A stretch of 64,000 nucleotides of DNA from an uncultured Polyangiaceae bacterium (GCA_964628155.1 CAZVPE010000006.1:291-64290); one strand, 5' to 3'; numbered from the stretch's first letter, positions 26,773 through 38,160 are shown. Made by a program: numbers and translations. Notes: generated by a model from the letters alone, not told the origin.

Positions 26773-29703
26773 ATGCAGCGACTCCTTGACTCCGCGCGAA
26801 AAGCGAGCCTCTCGGCCGTTTGGTCGCAGGGTGTAAAGCTCGCACGCGACAAGGCCGTCTCGCTCGTCGCCTCCGGAACGGGAGAGCTGACGCTGCGCGT
26901 CCGCGCACCAGGACACGCGATCGCGCCGACGGTGACGCTGTACCTCGAGTCCCTCGAGTGGTCGTGCGACTGCGGGAGCAAAGTCGACCCTTGTGCCCAC
27001 GTGGCCGCGGGGGTCATCTCTGCCGCGGCCGCAGGGGTTGACGGACTCGCGGCGGCACCCGCCGACGTGCCGGCTCGGCTCGTGTATCGGCTGGGCACGA
27101 AAGGGAAGATTCTGACGCTCAACCGATTCATCGTGCACGGCGATGGGCGCGAAGAGCGACTGACCAGCGCCCTTTCTTCGGACCTCGCGCGCGGGCGGCT
27201 GCCCGCCGGGCTCACGCCGACCCACGACGACTTGCGGATCGATCGGATTTTAGGGTTCCCCGCGCGAGAAATCGTGCCGTTGGCTCGCGTGGCCGACGTC
27301 TTCGGCGCGCTCACCGGCGCTGAGGTGCGCTACGCAGGCGAGCCGGTGCGCCTTTCGAGCGATCCGCTTCTCCCGCGGGCGATCGTCGAAGACGCGCCCG
27401 GGGGCGGCTTCGTCTTGCGTATCGAGCGCGACCCGAGCGTGAGCGAAGTCATCGCGATGGGAATTGCGAAGTGTGGCGACGTGCTCCGTCCTCTCGGGGA
27501 AACGGCCACCACCGGCGAGTTCCTGGAGCGCCTCCCGCTTTCGCGCACGTTCGGTCGGTCCCAACAGACCGAGCTCGTGACCGCGGTTCTTCCGGAGCTC
27601 GAGAAGAAGCTCGCGGTCGTACTGACGACCAAGCTCCTTCCGCGCAAAAAGGTCGGAGCGCGACCGCGTATCGCGATGGACTTGGCCCACCAAGGGCACA
27701 CCCTCTCCATCCTGCCGGCGCTCGTCTACGGCGACCCGCCGATGGCGCGCGTCGACGGCGACGAAATCGTCCTCCTCGGAAGCGATGTGCCGGTCCGATT
27801 GGTAGAGGAGGAGCGGGCGCTTCTGAGGCGATTGCGCGATGAGCTCAACCTCGTCCCAGGCCGCCGGGTGGACCTCGATGGCGTCGAGGCCATCCGCTTT
27901 GCGGCCAAGCTGCGCGGATGGCAGGAGCGCAGCGGCGACGAGGCCCACGCCGCAATCTTCGACCGCAGGCCGCTTCTGGCTCGGCTCGATTTCGACGAAG
28001 GCGTGCTCGACGTCGCGTTCGAGTGCGAGACCGACCCCGACTCGGGCGAGCCGCCGAAGCGCGCGGACGCCGCGACGGTGATCCGGGCCTGGCGCGACGG
28101 ACTGGATCTGGTGCCGCTCGACGGGGTCGGCTGGGCACCGCTTCCCGCCGACTGGCTGGAGCGCCACGGCCACCGGGTCGCCGACCTTCTGGCCGCTCGC
28201 GACGAACAGGGAAAGCTGCACCGCGCCGCCCTTCCCGAGCTCGGCGCCCTATGGGACGCGCTCGGCTCGCCGAAGCCGCTCGGTCTGGACAAGCTCGCGC
28301 CCCTGGTCGAGGGCTTCGACGGGATTCCTCGGGCGAAGCTGCCGGAGGGCGTCACGGCGCATCTTCGTACCTATCAGGAGCACGGCTACGATTGGTTGAC
28401 GTTTCTCCGCGACGCCGAGTTCGGCGCGGTCCTCGCCGATGACATGGGTCTCGGAAAGACGCTGCAAACGATCTGCGCCCTGCGCGGTCGCGCCCTCGTC
28501 ATCTGTCCGAAGAGCGTCGTCTACAACTGGGTCGACGAAATCGCCCGCTTTCGTCCTGGGCTGCGCACAGCCATCTACCATGGCGCGAAGCGCGAGCTCG
28601 ATCTGAACGCGGACGTGACGTTGACCACATACGCCGTGCTTCGAATCGACGTGGATCGACTCGCCGCGCAATCGTGGGACACCATCGTGCTCGACGAAGC
28701 GCAGGCCATCAAGAACGAGTCGAGCCAGACCGCGCGCGCCGCCTACCTTCTGCGCGGGGCGTTTCGGGTCGCGCTCAGCGGCACCCCAATCGAGAACCGC
28801 CTCGAAGAACTCTGGAGCGTGATGCACTTCGCCAACCCGGGGCTCCTGGGTGGCCGGAGCGACTTTCAGGAGCGCTACGCGATCCCAGTCTCCAACGGCG
28901 ACGCGTCCGCCGTCGCGCGGCTACATGCCAAGATTCGGCCCTTTGTGCTCCGGCGGATGAAGCGCGAAGTGCTCCCAGAGCTGCCGCCGCGCACCGACTC
29001 GATACTCCACGTCGAGCTCGACGAGGTGGAGCGCGCCATCTACGACTCGGTGCGGGTGGCGACCAGGAAGGACATCGTGACGAAGCTCGCGCAGGGCGGA
29101 GGCGTTCTTGCGGTGCTGGAAGCTCTCCTTCGCTTGCGTCAGGCGGCCTGCCATCCGTCGCTCCTTCCCGGGCAAGAAGCGGCCACCTCGTCGAAGGTCG
29201 AGCGCCTGCTCGAGGCCTTGAGCGAAGCGATCGCCGACGGACACAAGGCGCTCGTCTTCTCGCAGTGGACGGGGCTCTTGGACCTCGTGGAGCCCCACTT
29301 GAACGCGGCCAGCATCCCCTTCGTGCGCCTCGACGGCTCGACGCGGGACCGCGCGGCGGTCGTGGCTCAATTCCAAAGCGAAACGGGACCGCCCGTGATG
29401 CTCGTGTCGCTCAAAGCGGGTGGGACGGGCCTGAATCTCACCGCCGCGGACCACGTTTTTCTGCTCGATCCCTGGTGGAACCCCACAGTCGAAGACCAGG
29501 CGGCCGACCGCGCCCATCGCATCGGCCAAGATCGACCGGTCATGGTCTACCGCATGATCGCCAAGGACACGGTGGAGGAGCGCATCTTCACGCTGCAGGA
29601 AAAAAAGCGCACACTTGCGGACATCGCGCTCGGAGCCGCAGCCGGCTCGGCGAGCCAGGGCAGCGGCATTACCCGCGACGATCTCCTGGCCATCCTCGAC
29701 TGA
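26773..29703 (+). CDS. SNF2-family helicase with N-terminal SWIM zinc finger
   Basis: SWIM motif [18 protein letters not shown]2_N motifs [12 protein letters not shown] and [10 protein letters not shown], Helicase_C motifs [26 protein letters not shown] and [11 protein letters not shown]. Confidence 0.9.
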   Translation: MQRLLDSARKASLSAVWSQGVKLARDKAVSLVASGTGELTLRVRAPGHAIAPTVTLYLESLEWSCDCGSKVDPCAHVAAGVISAAAAGVDGLAAAPADVPARLVYRLGTKGKILTLNRFIVHGDGREERLTSALSSDLARGRLPAGLTPTHDDLRIDRILGFPAREIVPLARVADVFGALTGAEVRYAGEPVRLSSDPLLPRAIVEDAPGGGFVLRIERDPSVSEVIAMGIAKCGDVLRPLGETATTGEFLERLPLSRTFGRSQQTELVTAVLPELEKKLAVVLTTKLLPRKKVGARPRIAMDLAHQGHTLSILPALVYGDPPMARVDGDEIVLLGSDVPVRLVEEERALLRRLRDELNLVPGRRVDLDGVEAIRFAAKLRGWQERSGDEAHAAIFDRRPLLARLDFDEGVLDVAFECETDPDSGEPPKRADAATVIRAWRDGLDLVPLDGVGWAPLPADWLERHGHRVADLLAARDEQGKLHRAALPELGALWDALGSPKPLGLDKLAPLVEGFDGIPRAKLPEGVTAHLRTYQEHGYDWLTFLRDAEFGAVLADDMGLGKTLQTICALRGRALVICPKSVVYNWVDEIARFRPGLRTAIYHGAKRELDLNADVTLTTYAVLRIDVDRLAAQSWDTIVLDEAQAIKNESSQTARAAYLLRGAFRVALSGTPIENRLEELWSVMHFANPGLLGGRSDFQERYAIPVSNGDASAVARLHAKIRPFVLRRMKREVLPELPPRTDSILHVELDEVERAIYDSVRVATRKDIVTKLAQGGGVLAVLEALLRLRQAACHPSLLPGQEAATSSKVERLLEALSEAIADGHKALVFSQWTGLLDLVEPHLNAASIPFVRLDGSTRDRAAVVAQFQSETGPPVMLVSLKAGGTGLNLTAADHVFLLDPWWNPTVEDQAADRAHRIGQDRPVMVYRMIAKDTVEERIFTLQEKKRTLADIALGAAAGSASQGSGITRDDLLAILD

Positions 29704-29795
29704 CGGGGCCCAGTCCCCCCGGGGATGCAATCGGCTGCAATACCCGGTCCTCCGCGCGCGTGGTATCCGGGGGGAGGGGTCGCGAGGGGCTTCGT

Positions 29796-30104
29796 TTACG
29801 GCACTTTGCCGGGGACCGAACACGCGACGGAACCGTTGTCCCCGAAGAGGGAGAGCGTTCGACTTGGACGCACCGCCGTGCGGGCAGCGAGCGCCTTCTC
29901 GATCGCCGCTTGCACCATTGCGCTGTGCTCCTCGTCGCGGCCGAGCCACGCAGAACACTGAAGTCGTCCGCCTTCCCATCGGGCGGCCGCCACTTCTGCG
30001 AAAGGCCCAGCCAAGTCCGTGAGGATGGTCACCCGGTCCCCTTTGAGCACCGCAATGGCCAGCACGCCGTCAACCGCTGCTTGCACCACAACAATGTTCT
30101 GCAT
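29796..30104 (-). CDS. Hypothetical small protein (weak call)
   Basis: 102-aa ORF from MQNIVVVQAAVDG with moderate GC3 and no domain. It lies between convergent larger genes. Confidence 0.3.
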   Translation of the reverse strand: MQNIVVVQAAVDGVLAIAVLKGDRVTILTDLAGPFAEVAAARWEGGRLQCSAWLGRDEEHSAMVQAAIEKALAARTAVRPSRTLSLFGDNGSVACSVPGKVP

Positions 30105-30172
30105 TGGGACTCCCTGAAACAGGCTGATCAAACGTATCGCCCAATTCTTCCCAAGCTATGCTGCTCTCTTGT

Positions 30173-32203
30173 TCAAGTCAACGGCCGCCCCCGCTCTTTT
30201 TCTTCCAGCGCTTCCCAGCGCACCAAGAGCCGCGCTGCCTCGGCCCTCGCGCCTTCTAGCCGCGCCTTTAGCTCGGCAACTTTCTCCCCCCCTCTCGTCG
30301 CCGCGTAAAGAGCGGGGTCGGCGAGCTCCGCTTCGAGCTCTTGGACACGCTTTTCGGCCTCGTCGACCGCCGGAACGATCCCGGCCAGCTCGATCCGCTC
30401 GGCATACGTGAGCACCGCGCGCTTGGGCTCGTCTTTTTTCGGGGGTCTCGGCGCGGGGCTCGCCGCGGCCGGCGCAGGCGCCTTCTTGGCTTCCGACCGA
30501 TCACTCCTCTGGACGACGTAGTCTTCGTAGCCCCCCGCGTACCGGACGGGTGTCGCCAAGCTGCCACGCGCTTCGCCACCGGCAGCAGACGGCTCGAAGG
30601 CGAGAATTGCGGTCGCGATGCGGTCGAGAAACGCCCGGTCGTGGGTCACGACGATTGCGGACCCCTCGTAGTCTTCGAGAAGGCCTTCGAGCGCCGTCAG
30701 CGTCGGCAAATCGAGATCATTGGTCGGCTCGTCGAGCACGAGAAGGTTTCCCTCCCCCCGCAGCATCTTGGCGAGCGCGACGCGGGCCCGCTCGCCACCA
30801 GACAAAGAAGCAACCTTCTGCCGCTGCTTTTTCGCGTCGAAAAGGAAGAGCTCCAAGTAGCTCCGCAGATCCATCGCTTCCCGCCCACGCACGCCGAGGT
30901 GCACCGTGGTGCCGCCGCCCTCTCCGCGAACGTCGTCGAAAATCGACTTCGTGTCGTCGAGTCCCGCGCGCGCCTGGTCGAGGTAAGCCACCCGAGTGTT
31001 TTTGCCGACGACGATGGACCCGGCGACCAGAACGGGCGCGTCCTTGGGGCGCGCTCCGCCGCGGGACTCTTCGACTGCCGCGAGAATCGCCCGCAAAAGC
31101 GTCGTCTTTCCGGCGCCGTTCGGTCCGACCACCCCGATTCGTTCGCCCGCTGTAACGATGAGGTCGAACGGCGCGTTCAACGCGGGCGTCTCGCCCGTCG
31201 CGGCGACCTGCAGACCGCGAAGCTCGAGCACAGTCTTCCCCTGCTGCGGCGCGGACCCGGTGACCAACGTCACTTCGCCCGGCCTTCCAGCCGTCGCCGG
31301 GGTCGCGGCTTCCAAGACGGCTGCGCGCTGGATGCGCGCCTTCTGCTTGGTACTCCGCGCTTTGGGGCCGCGCGCCAGCCATTCGCGCTCGCGGCGAAGG
31401 GCGTTCTTCCTATTTTGCTCGACGCGCTCTTCGTGCGCGAGAAGCTCGGCCTTTTTGTCGAGATAGTCGCCGTAGCCCCCTGGGTAAGAGACGAGCTTTC
31501 CTCGCTCGAGCTCGACGATCCGCGTCGCCACGGCATCGAGGAAGTACCGGTCGTGGGTCACGAGGACCAGGGCTCCACGGAACCGGCGGTCGAGGAGATC
31601 TTCCAGCCAAGCCGCCGTGTCTGCGTCGAGATGGTTGGTCGGCTCATCCAGAATGGCAACGTCGGGGCTCGCGACGAGCAGCTGCGCGAGGGCAATCCGC
31701 CGTCGCTCGCCGCCGCTCCGGAGCCCGCAGGGACGATCGACGTCGCGTACGCCCAGCTTGTCGAGAAATCCGAGCGCCTCGTGCCCTCGTTCCCAGCCGC
31801 CCAGCCGGACGATGGCCTCATCGAGCTCGGCTTGTTCGGCCAAGAGGGCCTCGTGCCGGTCACTCTCCGTCCCTTGGGCGAGCTTCGCCGTCACCTCTGC
31901 GTGACGCGACGACGCTTGACGCCAGGCGGTCAGCGCGTCTTCGACCACCGCTCGCGCGCTCGCGTCCGGGTCGATCTCGGGCTCCTGGGCCAGGTATCGC
32001 ACCGAGAGGCCTCGGCGCACGCTCAGGGTGCCGCCGTCGGGCGTCTCCAAGCCGGCGAGGATCTTCGCGAGCGTCGATTTGCCCGCGCCGTTGGCACCGA
32101 TGAGCCCGACCTTCTCGCCGCGCGCGAGCGTGAACGTGGCGTCGTCGAGAACGACTTGCGGACCGAACGCTTTTCGAAGGTGCTGGGCGGAGAGCGCAGG
32201 CAT
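30173..32203 (-). CDS. ABC-F family ATPase (Uup-like, C-terminal coiled coil)
   Basis: Two ABC cassettes (GANGAGKSTL and GPNGAGKTTL, LSGGERRR and LSGGERAR), no TM domain and a C-terminal helical tail. The start is taken at MPALSAQHL. Confidence 0.9.
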   Translation of the reverse strand: MPALSAQHLRKAFGPQVVLDDATFTLARGEKVGLIGANGAGKSTLAKILAGLETPDGGTLSVRRGLSVRYLAQEPEIDPDASARAVVEDALTAWRQASSRHAEVTAKLAQGTESDRHEALLAEQAELDEAIVRLGGWERGHEALGFLDKLGVRDVDRPCGLRSGGERRRIALAQLLVASPDVAILDEPTNHLDADTAAWLEDLLDRRFRGALVLVTHDRYFLDAVATRIVELERGKLVSYPGGYGDYLDKKAELLAHEERVEQNRKNALRREREWLARGPKARSTKQKARIQRAAVLEAATPATAGRPGEVTLVTGSAPQQGKTVLELRGLQVAATGETPALNAPFDLIVTAGERIGVVGPNGAGKTTLLRAILAAVEESRGGARPKDAPVLVAGSIVVGKNTRVAYLDQARAGLDDTKSIFDDVRGEGGGTTVHLGVRGREAMDLRSYLELFLFDAKKQRQKVASLSGGERARVALAKMLRGEGNLLVLDEPTNDLDLPTLTALEGLLEDYEGSAIVVTHDRAFLDRIATAILAFEPSAAGGEARGSLATPVRYAGGYEDYVVQRSDRSEAKKAPAPAAASPAPRPPKKDEPKRAVLTYAERIELAGIVPAVDEAEKRVQELEAELADPALYAATRGGEKVAELKARLEGARAEAARLLVRWEALEEKERGRPLT

Positions 32204-32340
32204 GCACGGACGGGAGCACGCTCGAGGGCTCTGGCGCAACCTTTGGCCAGCGGCACGGGGCTCGTAACTTCCCGTCGCTTCGATGGACTCGAGGCACTAG
32301 CCCCCGGCCGCGAACCGAGCTAGGTGCCCTGGATTCCTCG

Positions 32341-34083
32341 ATGGCCGATCCGCTCCTCGCGCTCGTCTCGCCGTTTCGTGCCGCCATTGCGAGCGCGTTC
32401 GGTCCCGAGCACGCGCACTTCGACCCCGCGCTCCGACGCTCCGACCGCGCCGACTACCAGGCGAACGTGGCACTGGCCCTCTGCAAGGTCGTGGGCGGCC
32501 GTCCGCGCGACGTCGCCGCAGCGATCGTCCGACACCTCGATGTCGCCCATATGGTCGCGCACGTCGAAATCGCCGGACCTGGTTTCATCAACCTCACCCT
32601 CGACGCGAATTTCCTGTCCGACTCGGTGAGCCGGCTCGCGGGCGATTCGCAGCTCGGCGTTCTCCCCGCCCCGGTCCGCGAGACGGTCGTCATCGACTAT
32701 TCATCGCCGAACGTCGCGAAGGAGATGCACGTCGGCAATCTGCGGAGCACCATCATCGGCGACGCCCTCTCCCGGGTGCTCGAGGTCGTCGGTCACAACG
32801 TCATTCGCCAGAACCACCTCGGCGACTGGGGAACACCGTTCGGAATGCTCATCGAGCACTTGCTCGACATCGGAGCCGCCGCGGACGGCGGCGCGAAGGA
32901 CGCGCTCTCCATCACCGATCTCAACGCGTTCTATCGACAGGCTCGAGCGAAGTTCGACAGCGATCCGGCCTTCGCCGAGCGTGCGAGGCGGCGCGTCGTC
33001 CTCCTTCAGAGCGGCGACGAGACCACGCTCACGGAGTGGCGCGTCCTGGTAGACGCCTCGAAGCGCTACTTTGCCGCGATATACGACGCGCTCTCCGTCA
33101 AGCTCACCGACCGCGACATCGCTGGCGAGAGCCTCTATAACCCGATGCTCCCCGAAGTCGTCGCGGAGCTCGAGAGCAAGGGTCTCACGAGCCTGAGCGA
33201 CGGCGCGCTTTGCGTCTTTCCCCCGGGCTTCCCGGGCCGCGACAACGAACCTCTCCCCCTCATCGTTCGCAAGCAAGACGGAGGCTACGGATACGCGACG
33301 ACCGACCTCGCCGCGATTCGCTACCGGGTCGCCACGCTCGGCGCGCAGCGCGTCATCTACGTCGTGGGCGCCCCGCAGAGCCAGCACCTCGCCATGGTCT
33401 TCAAGACCGCGGAAATGGCCGGCTGGCTCCTCCCTCCCGCGCGCGCAGAGCACGTCGCGTTCGGCTCCGTCCTCGGCGCGGACCGAAAGATGTTCAAGAC
33501 GAGGAGCGGAGAGTCCGTGCGTCTCATCGACCTCCTGGACGAAGCGAAAGAGCGCGCGCTGGCCATCGTGACCGAGAAGAACCCCTCGCTCGACGAGGCT
33601 GCCCGCGCGGCGGTTGCGCGCGCGGTGGGCATTGGCGCAGTCAAGTATGCCGACCTCTCGAGCGATCGCATCAAGGACTACATGTTCGATTGGTCGCGAA
33701 TGCTCGCGTTCGACGGGAACACGGCGCCCTACCTTCAATACGCGCACGCGCGCATTGCATCCATCTTCCGGCGCGGTGAGGTGAGCCCCACCGAGCTCGG
33801 GCCCATCACGCTCCGCGAGCCGGCGGAGCGCGCCCTCGGTCTCGAGATTCTCGGCTTCGGAACGGTCGTGCACGACGTGGCGGCGACGCTCCAGCCACAC
33901 CGCCTGTGCACCTACCTCTACGGCCTTTCGACCGCATTCTCCGCGTTCTACGAGGCCTGTCCGGTCTTGAAGGCATCGACCGAGCTCGAGCGAGACTCTC
34001 GAATCTCCCTCTCCCATCTCACCGCCCGGGTGCTCGCCCGGGGGCTGGATCTCCTGGGAATCGAAGTGCCCGAACGCATGTGA
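32341..34083 (+). CDS. argS: Arginine--tRNA ligase
   Basis: 580 aa. SSPNVAKEMHVGNLRSTIIGD (HIGH-type region) and the C-terminal DALR anticodon-binding domain pattern. Confidence 0.95.
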   Translation: MADPLLALVSPFRAAIASAFGPEHAHFDPALRRSDRADYQANVALALCKVVGGRPRDVAAAIVRHLDVAHMVAHVEIAGPGFINLTLDANFLSDSVSRLAGDSQLGVLPAPVRETVVIDYSSPNVAKEMHVGNLRSTIIGDALSRVLEVVGHNVIRQNHLGDWGTPFGMLIEHLLDIGAAADGGAKDALSITDLNAFYRQARAKFDSDPAFAERARRRVVLLQSGDETTLTEWRVLVDASKRYFAAIYDALSVKLTDRDIAGESLYNPMLPEVVAELESKGLTSLSDGALCVFPPGFPGRDNEPLPLIVRKQDGGYGYATTDLAAIRYRVATLGAQRVIYVVGAPQSQHLAMVFKTAEMAGWLLPPARAEHVAFGSVLGADRKMFKTRSGESVRLIDLLDEAKERALAIVTEKNPSLDEAARAAVARAVGIGAVKYADLSSDRIKDYMFDWSRMLAFDGNTAPYLQYAHARIASIFRRGEVSPTELGPITLREPAERALGLEILGFGTVVHDVAATLQPHRLCTYLYGLSTAFSAFYEACPVLKASTELERDSRISLSHLTARVLARGLDLLGIEVPERM

Positions 34084-34105
34084 GCCGCGGCGGAGCGGCC
34101 GCGTC

Positions 34106-36667
34106 TCACTCGTTGGCCGCGACCCGTGCCGGCGCCGGGGCACGCTCGCCGATCTCCGCCTTTACCGGGACGATGCCCCAGATTTCGCGGGCGTACGCGC
34201 TGATCGTCGCATCGCTCGAGAAAGCGCTCGCGCCCACGACGTTGAAGAGAGAGCGCCGCGCCCACTCCCTCGGCGAGCGATAGAGAAGAGCCGCCTCCCT
34301 CATCGCGGACGAGTAGGAATCGAAGTCCGCGCATACCATGTATTGGTCGTTGTGCCGGAGCGTCTGTATCACGGACGCATATCGCTCTCGATCCCCGATG
34401 CAGAAGAACCCGGTCTCGAGGAGCTCGATCGCCTTCGCGAGATCCGGGCTTTGCGCGATGAAGCGGCCCGGGTCGTAGCCTACCCGCCAGAGATCGCGAA
34501 CCTGATCCACGGTGAGCCCACACAGAAAGAAATTCTCGGGGCCCGCCGCGTCGCGAAGTTCTACGTTCGCACCGTCGAGCGTCCCGACCGTGAGCGCCCC
34601 GTTGAGCGCGAGCTTCATGTTGCTCGTCCCGGAAGCCTCCTTGCCCGCTTGCGAGATTTGCAGCGACACGTCTGCCGCGGGGATGATGACTTGAGCGAGC
34701 GACACGCCGTAGTTCGGGACGAACACCACCTTCAAGCGGTCGCGCGTCGCCGGATCGCTGTTGACGACGTCGGCGATGTCGTTGATGAGCCGAATGTGGG
34801 TCTTGGCGACGATGTATCCCGCAGCCGCCTTGCCGGCGAAAATGTACACGCGCGGCGTCTGCGACTCGTCGGCCGGGGTGCTCTTCAAATGCCAGTAATG
34901 GGCGATGATCTCCAGACATGCGAGGAGCTGCCTTTTGTATTCGTGAATGCGCTTTATCTGAGCCACGAACATGGCCTCCGGATCGACCGATATTCCGGTG
35001 AGCCGGAGCAGAAGGGCTGCGAGCACGCGCTTGTTGTCACGCTTGATCTCGCTGAGCGCGTCGAGCAGGCTCTCGTCCTCCGCGTGCTTCGACAAGTGCG
35101 CCATGAGGGCGAGGTCGCGATCGATCCAATTGGGGCCCAGACGGTCCGAGAGGAGCCTGGCGAGGGCGGGGTTCGAGTAGAGAAGCCAGCGCCGAGGGGT
35201 CACACCATTCGTCTTGTTGTTGAATCGCTCCGGGAACATCTCCCAAAAATCGGGCAGTAGCTCCCGTTTGATGAGCTCCGTGTGCAGGCGGGCGACGCCG
35301 TTGACGCTGTGTGACCCGACCACCGCGAGATGGGCCATTCGGATCTGCTGGACCGGTCCCTCTTCGATAATCGACATCCGCGCCATACGCGACGGATCCG
35401 CGGGCCAGTGCGTGCTGACCTGGCGCATGAAGCGGTGATTGATCTCGAAGATTATCATCAGATGGCGCGGCAGGACCCGGCGGAACATCGACACCGGCCA
35501 CTTTTCGAGCGCCTCCGGCAAAAGGGTATGGTTCGTGTACGCAATCGTCCGCTGCGTGATGTCCCACGCGACATCCCAGTCGACGCTCTCCTCGTCGACG
35601 AGAACCCGCATCAGCTCTGCGACCGCAATGGCCGGGTGCGTATCGTTCAGCTGGATGGCAGCGCGATCCGGCAGCAGTCGAAAGTCTTTGTGGCGCAGCT
35701 TGAACTGGGAAACGATGTCGGCAATCGAGCATGCAACGAAGAAGTACTGCTGCTTCAGCCGAAGTTCCTTGCCGTGCTCGGTGTGATCGTTCGGGTAGAG
35801 CACCTTCGAGATGTTTTCGACTTCGACTTTCTCCTCCACGGCACGCAAGTAATCGCCCTCGTTGAAGAGTCGCAGATCGAAGTCGCGGGACGCGCGCGCT
35901 GACCAGAGGCGCAGCGTGTTGACGGTGTCCGTCTCGTGGCCGACGATGAACGAATCGTACGGCACGCCGTATACGACCCGCGTCCCGATCCAATCGACGA
36001 CGAGCCTTCCGCTCGCGTCCTTGCGCGTTTCGGTGGTCCCGTAAAGCCGCACCACCTGCATGCGGTCATGCCGCGGGAGCTCCCACGGATTGCCGTACTG
36101 GAGCCAGTTGTCCGAGTTTTCGAGCTGCTGGCCGTTTTCGATGCGCTGCTCGAAAATACCGAACTCGTACCGAATCCCGTAGCCGACTGCCGGAAGCTCC
36201 AGAGTCGCGAGCGAGTCCATGAAGCACGCGGCCAGCCTGCCGAGGCCACCGTTTCCCAAGCCCGGATCTCCTTCGGCGTCCAGGACGTCGCCGAGGTCGT
36301 ATCCCCACTCCGCCACGAGCTGCTCGGCGACCCCGTAGAGCCCGAGGTTCACGAGACACAGACCCAAGCTGCGCCCGGTCAGAAACTCGGACGAAAGATA
36401 ATGGACGCGCTTTACGTCCCGCTCGGCATAGGTGCGCTGCGTCGAGAGCCACCGCTGCACCAACCGATCGCGAACCGTGTGCGCCATCGCCCGGTACACG
36501 TCCACGACACCTGCGTCCGGGCGTTCTTTGACGCACGTGTAGAGGAGGTGGTCCAAGAGGTCCTTTCGGAACTGCTCGGGATCGACCCGCGCGGGCTGCC
36601 GTGCCGGCGGGCTGACGAACTTGCGCTTCGGTTGGATCAGACGCTCATCCATCGGGCTGGTGCTCAC
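34106..36667 (-). CDS. glgP: Glycogen/alpha-glucan phosphorylase
   Basis: 853 aa with PLP site EASGTSNMKLALNGALTVGTLDGANVE. Confidence 0.95.
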   Translation of the reverse strand: MSTSPMDERLIQPKRKFVSPPARQPARVDPEQFRKDLLDHLLYTCVKERPDAGVVDVYRAMAHTVRDRLVQRWLSTQRTYAERDVKRVHYLSSEFLTGRSLGLCLVNLGLYGVAEQLVAEWGYDLGDVLDAEGDPGLGNGGLGRLAACFMDSLATLELPAVGYGIRYEFGIFEQRIENGQQLENSDNWLQYGNPWELPRHDRMQVVRLYGTTETRKDASGRLVVDWIGTRVVYGVPYDSFIVGHETDTVNTLRLWSARASRDFDLRLFNEGDYLRAVEEKVEVENISKVLYPNDHTEHGKELRLKQQYFFVACSIADIVSQFKLRHKDFRLLPDRAAIQLNDTHPAIAVAELMRVLVDEESVDWDVAWDITQRTIAYTNHTLLPEALEKWPVSMFRRVLPRHLMIIFEINHRFMRQVSTHWPADPSRMARMSIIEEGPVQQIRMAHLAVVGSHSVNGVARLHTELIKRELLPDFWEMFPERFNNKTNGVTPRRWLLYSNPALARLLSDRLGPNWIDRDLALMAHLSKHAEDESLLDALSEIKRDNKRVLAALLLRLTGISVDPEAMFVAQIKRIHEYKRQLLACLEIIAHYWHLKSTPADESQTPRVYIFAGKAAAGYIVAKTHIRLINDIADVVNSDPATRDRLKVVFVPNYGVSLAQVIIPAADVSLQISQAGKEASGTSNMKLALNGALTVGTLDGANVELRDAAGPENFFLCGLTVDQVRDLWRVGYDPGRFIAQSPDLAKAIELLETGFFCIGDRERYASVIQTLRHNDQYMVCADFDSYSSAMREAALLYRSPREWARRSLFNVVGASAFSSDATISAYAREIWGIVPVKAEIGERAPAPARVAANE

Positions 36668-36743
36668 GGACGGACCGTGGCACTCGAGCGAGCCCCGATT
36701 TGTATCCAGCCTTTTTCCGGCGTGTTTCCGAGGCGTCGCTCCC

Positions 36744-38045
36744 TCAGAGGGGCGGGTTCGCGTTCTTGGCGAGCTCGATCAGATACTTTCCGAACCAGGC
36801 CCCCGCCGGCGGCGAGCCCGGCTCGCTATCGGGCGACTTCGGCCCGCAGCTTTCGTCGAAGCCGGGCTTCGACGGGTCGGAGCCGCCGTCCGCTTCGCCA
36901 GGCGGCTTGATCCAGAAGTAGGCGTCCACCATCGGGGCCGGCGACACCTGCGGACGCTCGCCCAGGCCCGCCCCTTTCACGTTGCACCAGCTGCCCGACT
37001 TCGTCCGGATCCCGGCTCGCCCGTTCCGGCTGGTGTCGATGAGGAAGGCCTTTCCCGAGATGCCCGCCTCCGTCAACGATGCATCGAGGATTTTCACGTA
37101 CGTGAGCTCGTCCGTGCACGGGTCGGTGGGCTCGAGCTTCGGAAGATCGCCGGGGGTGAGGGTGTCGTAATTGGACACATTGGTCGCGAAGCCGCGAATC
37201 TTGTCGGCGCCGCCTGCTTCGGCCAAGACGTCGGAGAATATCTTGGCAATCTTCTCGCGGTTTTTCGACCAGCCAAGCCATCCCGCGTGCGCCGCGTCCA
37301 AGTACAGGCTCACATTCGGCATCGCGAGCGTCTTGACGGCGTATGCGACCGAATGCCGGTACACGGGCTCCGCCGCGGCGCATTTGGGCACGCTCAGGTT
37401 CGTCGCACTGTTGGGCAAAGAGTCGGGTTCGACGACCGCGACGATACGCTGCTTTGGATGCGCCTTGAAAGCCGCGGCGATCTTGTCGATGAATTCTTTT
37501 TGGTACCGCTTCTCGCCGCCATTCGCGACCGTGAGCTCCCCGTTCGAAGCCACCGCCGCACAGTCGCGGTCGGGCATGTCGTAGACCGCGAAGACCGTGA
37601 CGACCGGATGGCCCGCCTTTTTCTCCTGGGCCATCGCGTCGTCCAGTGTCTTCGAGACCGCGCCCGCCCTCTTGATCGAATCGAGCCAGACCGCGGTCGG
37701 GAAGGCTTCGATTTTCTTCAGCAACGCGGCATCCGCCGCCGATTCCTTGATGGATGACTCGACCTTCGCGACGTACCCCGGGTCGATGTAGAAGTGTGCT
37801 CCCGCAAACGGATTTCCCTCGGCCGAAGGAGGAACGACCTGCACTTGCGGCTTCGCCTCGGCTGCACCGACGGGGGGCGGCAGCGAAGGAGGGGGCTGCG
37901 CGGCGCTCGCAACGACAGAAGCCCCGGCCGGAGGGGGCAGAGCGGCACCGGCCTGCGCAGGATTGGAGGTCGCGGGCGGCGGTGCAGACCCGCAGGCAGC
38001 GGTGGCAAGGGCGGAGAGGAGGACGGCGACAGTGGGGCGGGTCAT
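36744..38045 (-). CDS. Glycoside hydrolase family 6 (cellulase/cellobiohydrolase-type) lipoprotein
   Basis: Lipobox LATAACG, Pro/Ala linker and GH6 signatures VYDMPDRDCAA, VVEPDSLPN, YLDAAHAGWLGW, FLIDTSRNG and FWIKPPGEADG. Confidence 0.85.
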   Translation of the reverse strand: MTRPTVAVLLSALATAACGSAPPPATSNPAQAGAALPPPAGASVVASAAQPPPSLPPPVGAAEAKPQVQVVPPSAEGNPFAGAHFYIDPGYVAKVESSIKESAADAALLKKIEAFPTAVWLDSIKRAGAVSKTLDDAMAQEKKAGHPVVTVFAVYDMPDRDCAAVASNGELTVANGGEKRYQKEFIDKIAAAFKAHPKQRIVAVVEPDSLPNSATNLSVPKCAAAEPVYRHSVAYAVKTLAMPNVSLYLDAAHAGWLGWSKNREKIAKIFSDVLAEAGGADKIRGFATNVSNYDTLTPGDLPKLEPTDPCTDELTYVKILDASLTEAGISGKAFLIDTSRNGRAGIRTKSGSWCNVKGAGLGERPQVSPAPMVDAYFWIKPPGEADGGSDPSKPGFDESCGPKSPDSEPGSPPAGAWFGKYLIELAKNANPPL

Positions 38046-38160
38046 GTGGTTTTCGCCGACATCAGAAGCACATGAGGGCCGCGCGGGTCAACGTGCGGCG
38101 GGGGCACGCGCCCAAAATCCAAGCAGCGATAGACGGCGACAAGCGGTATCCTCATGGAGC

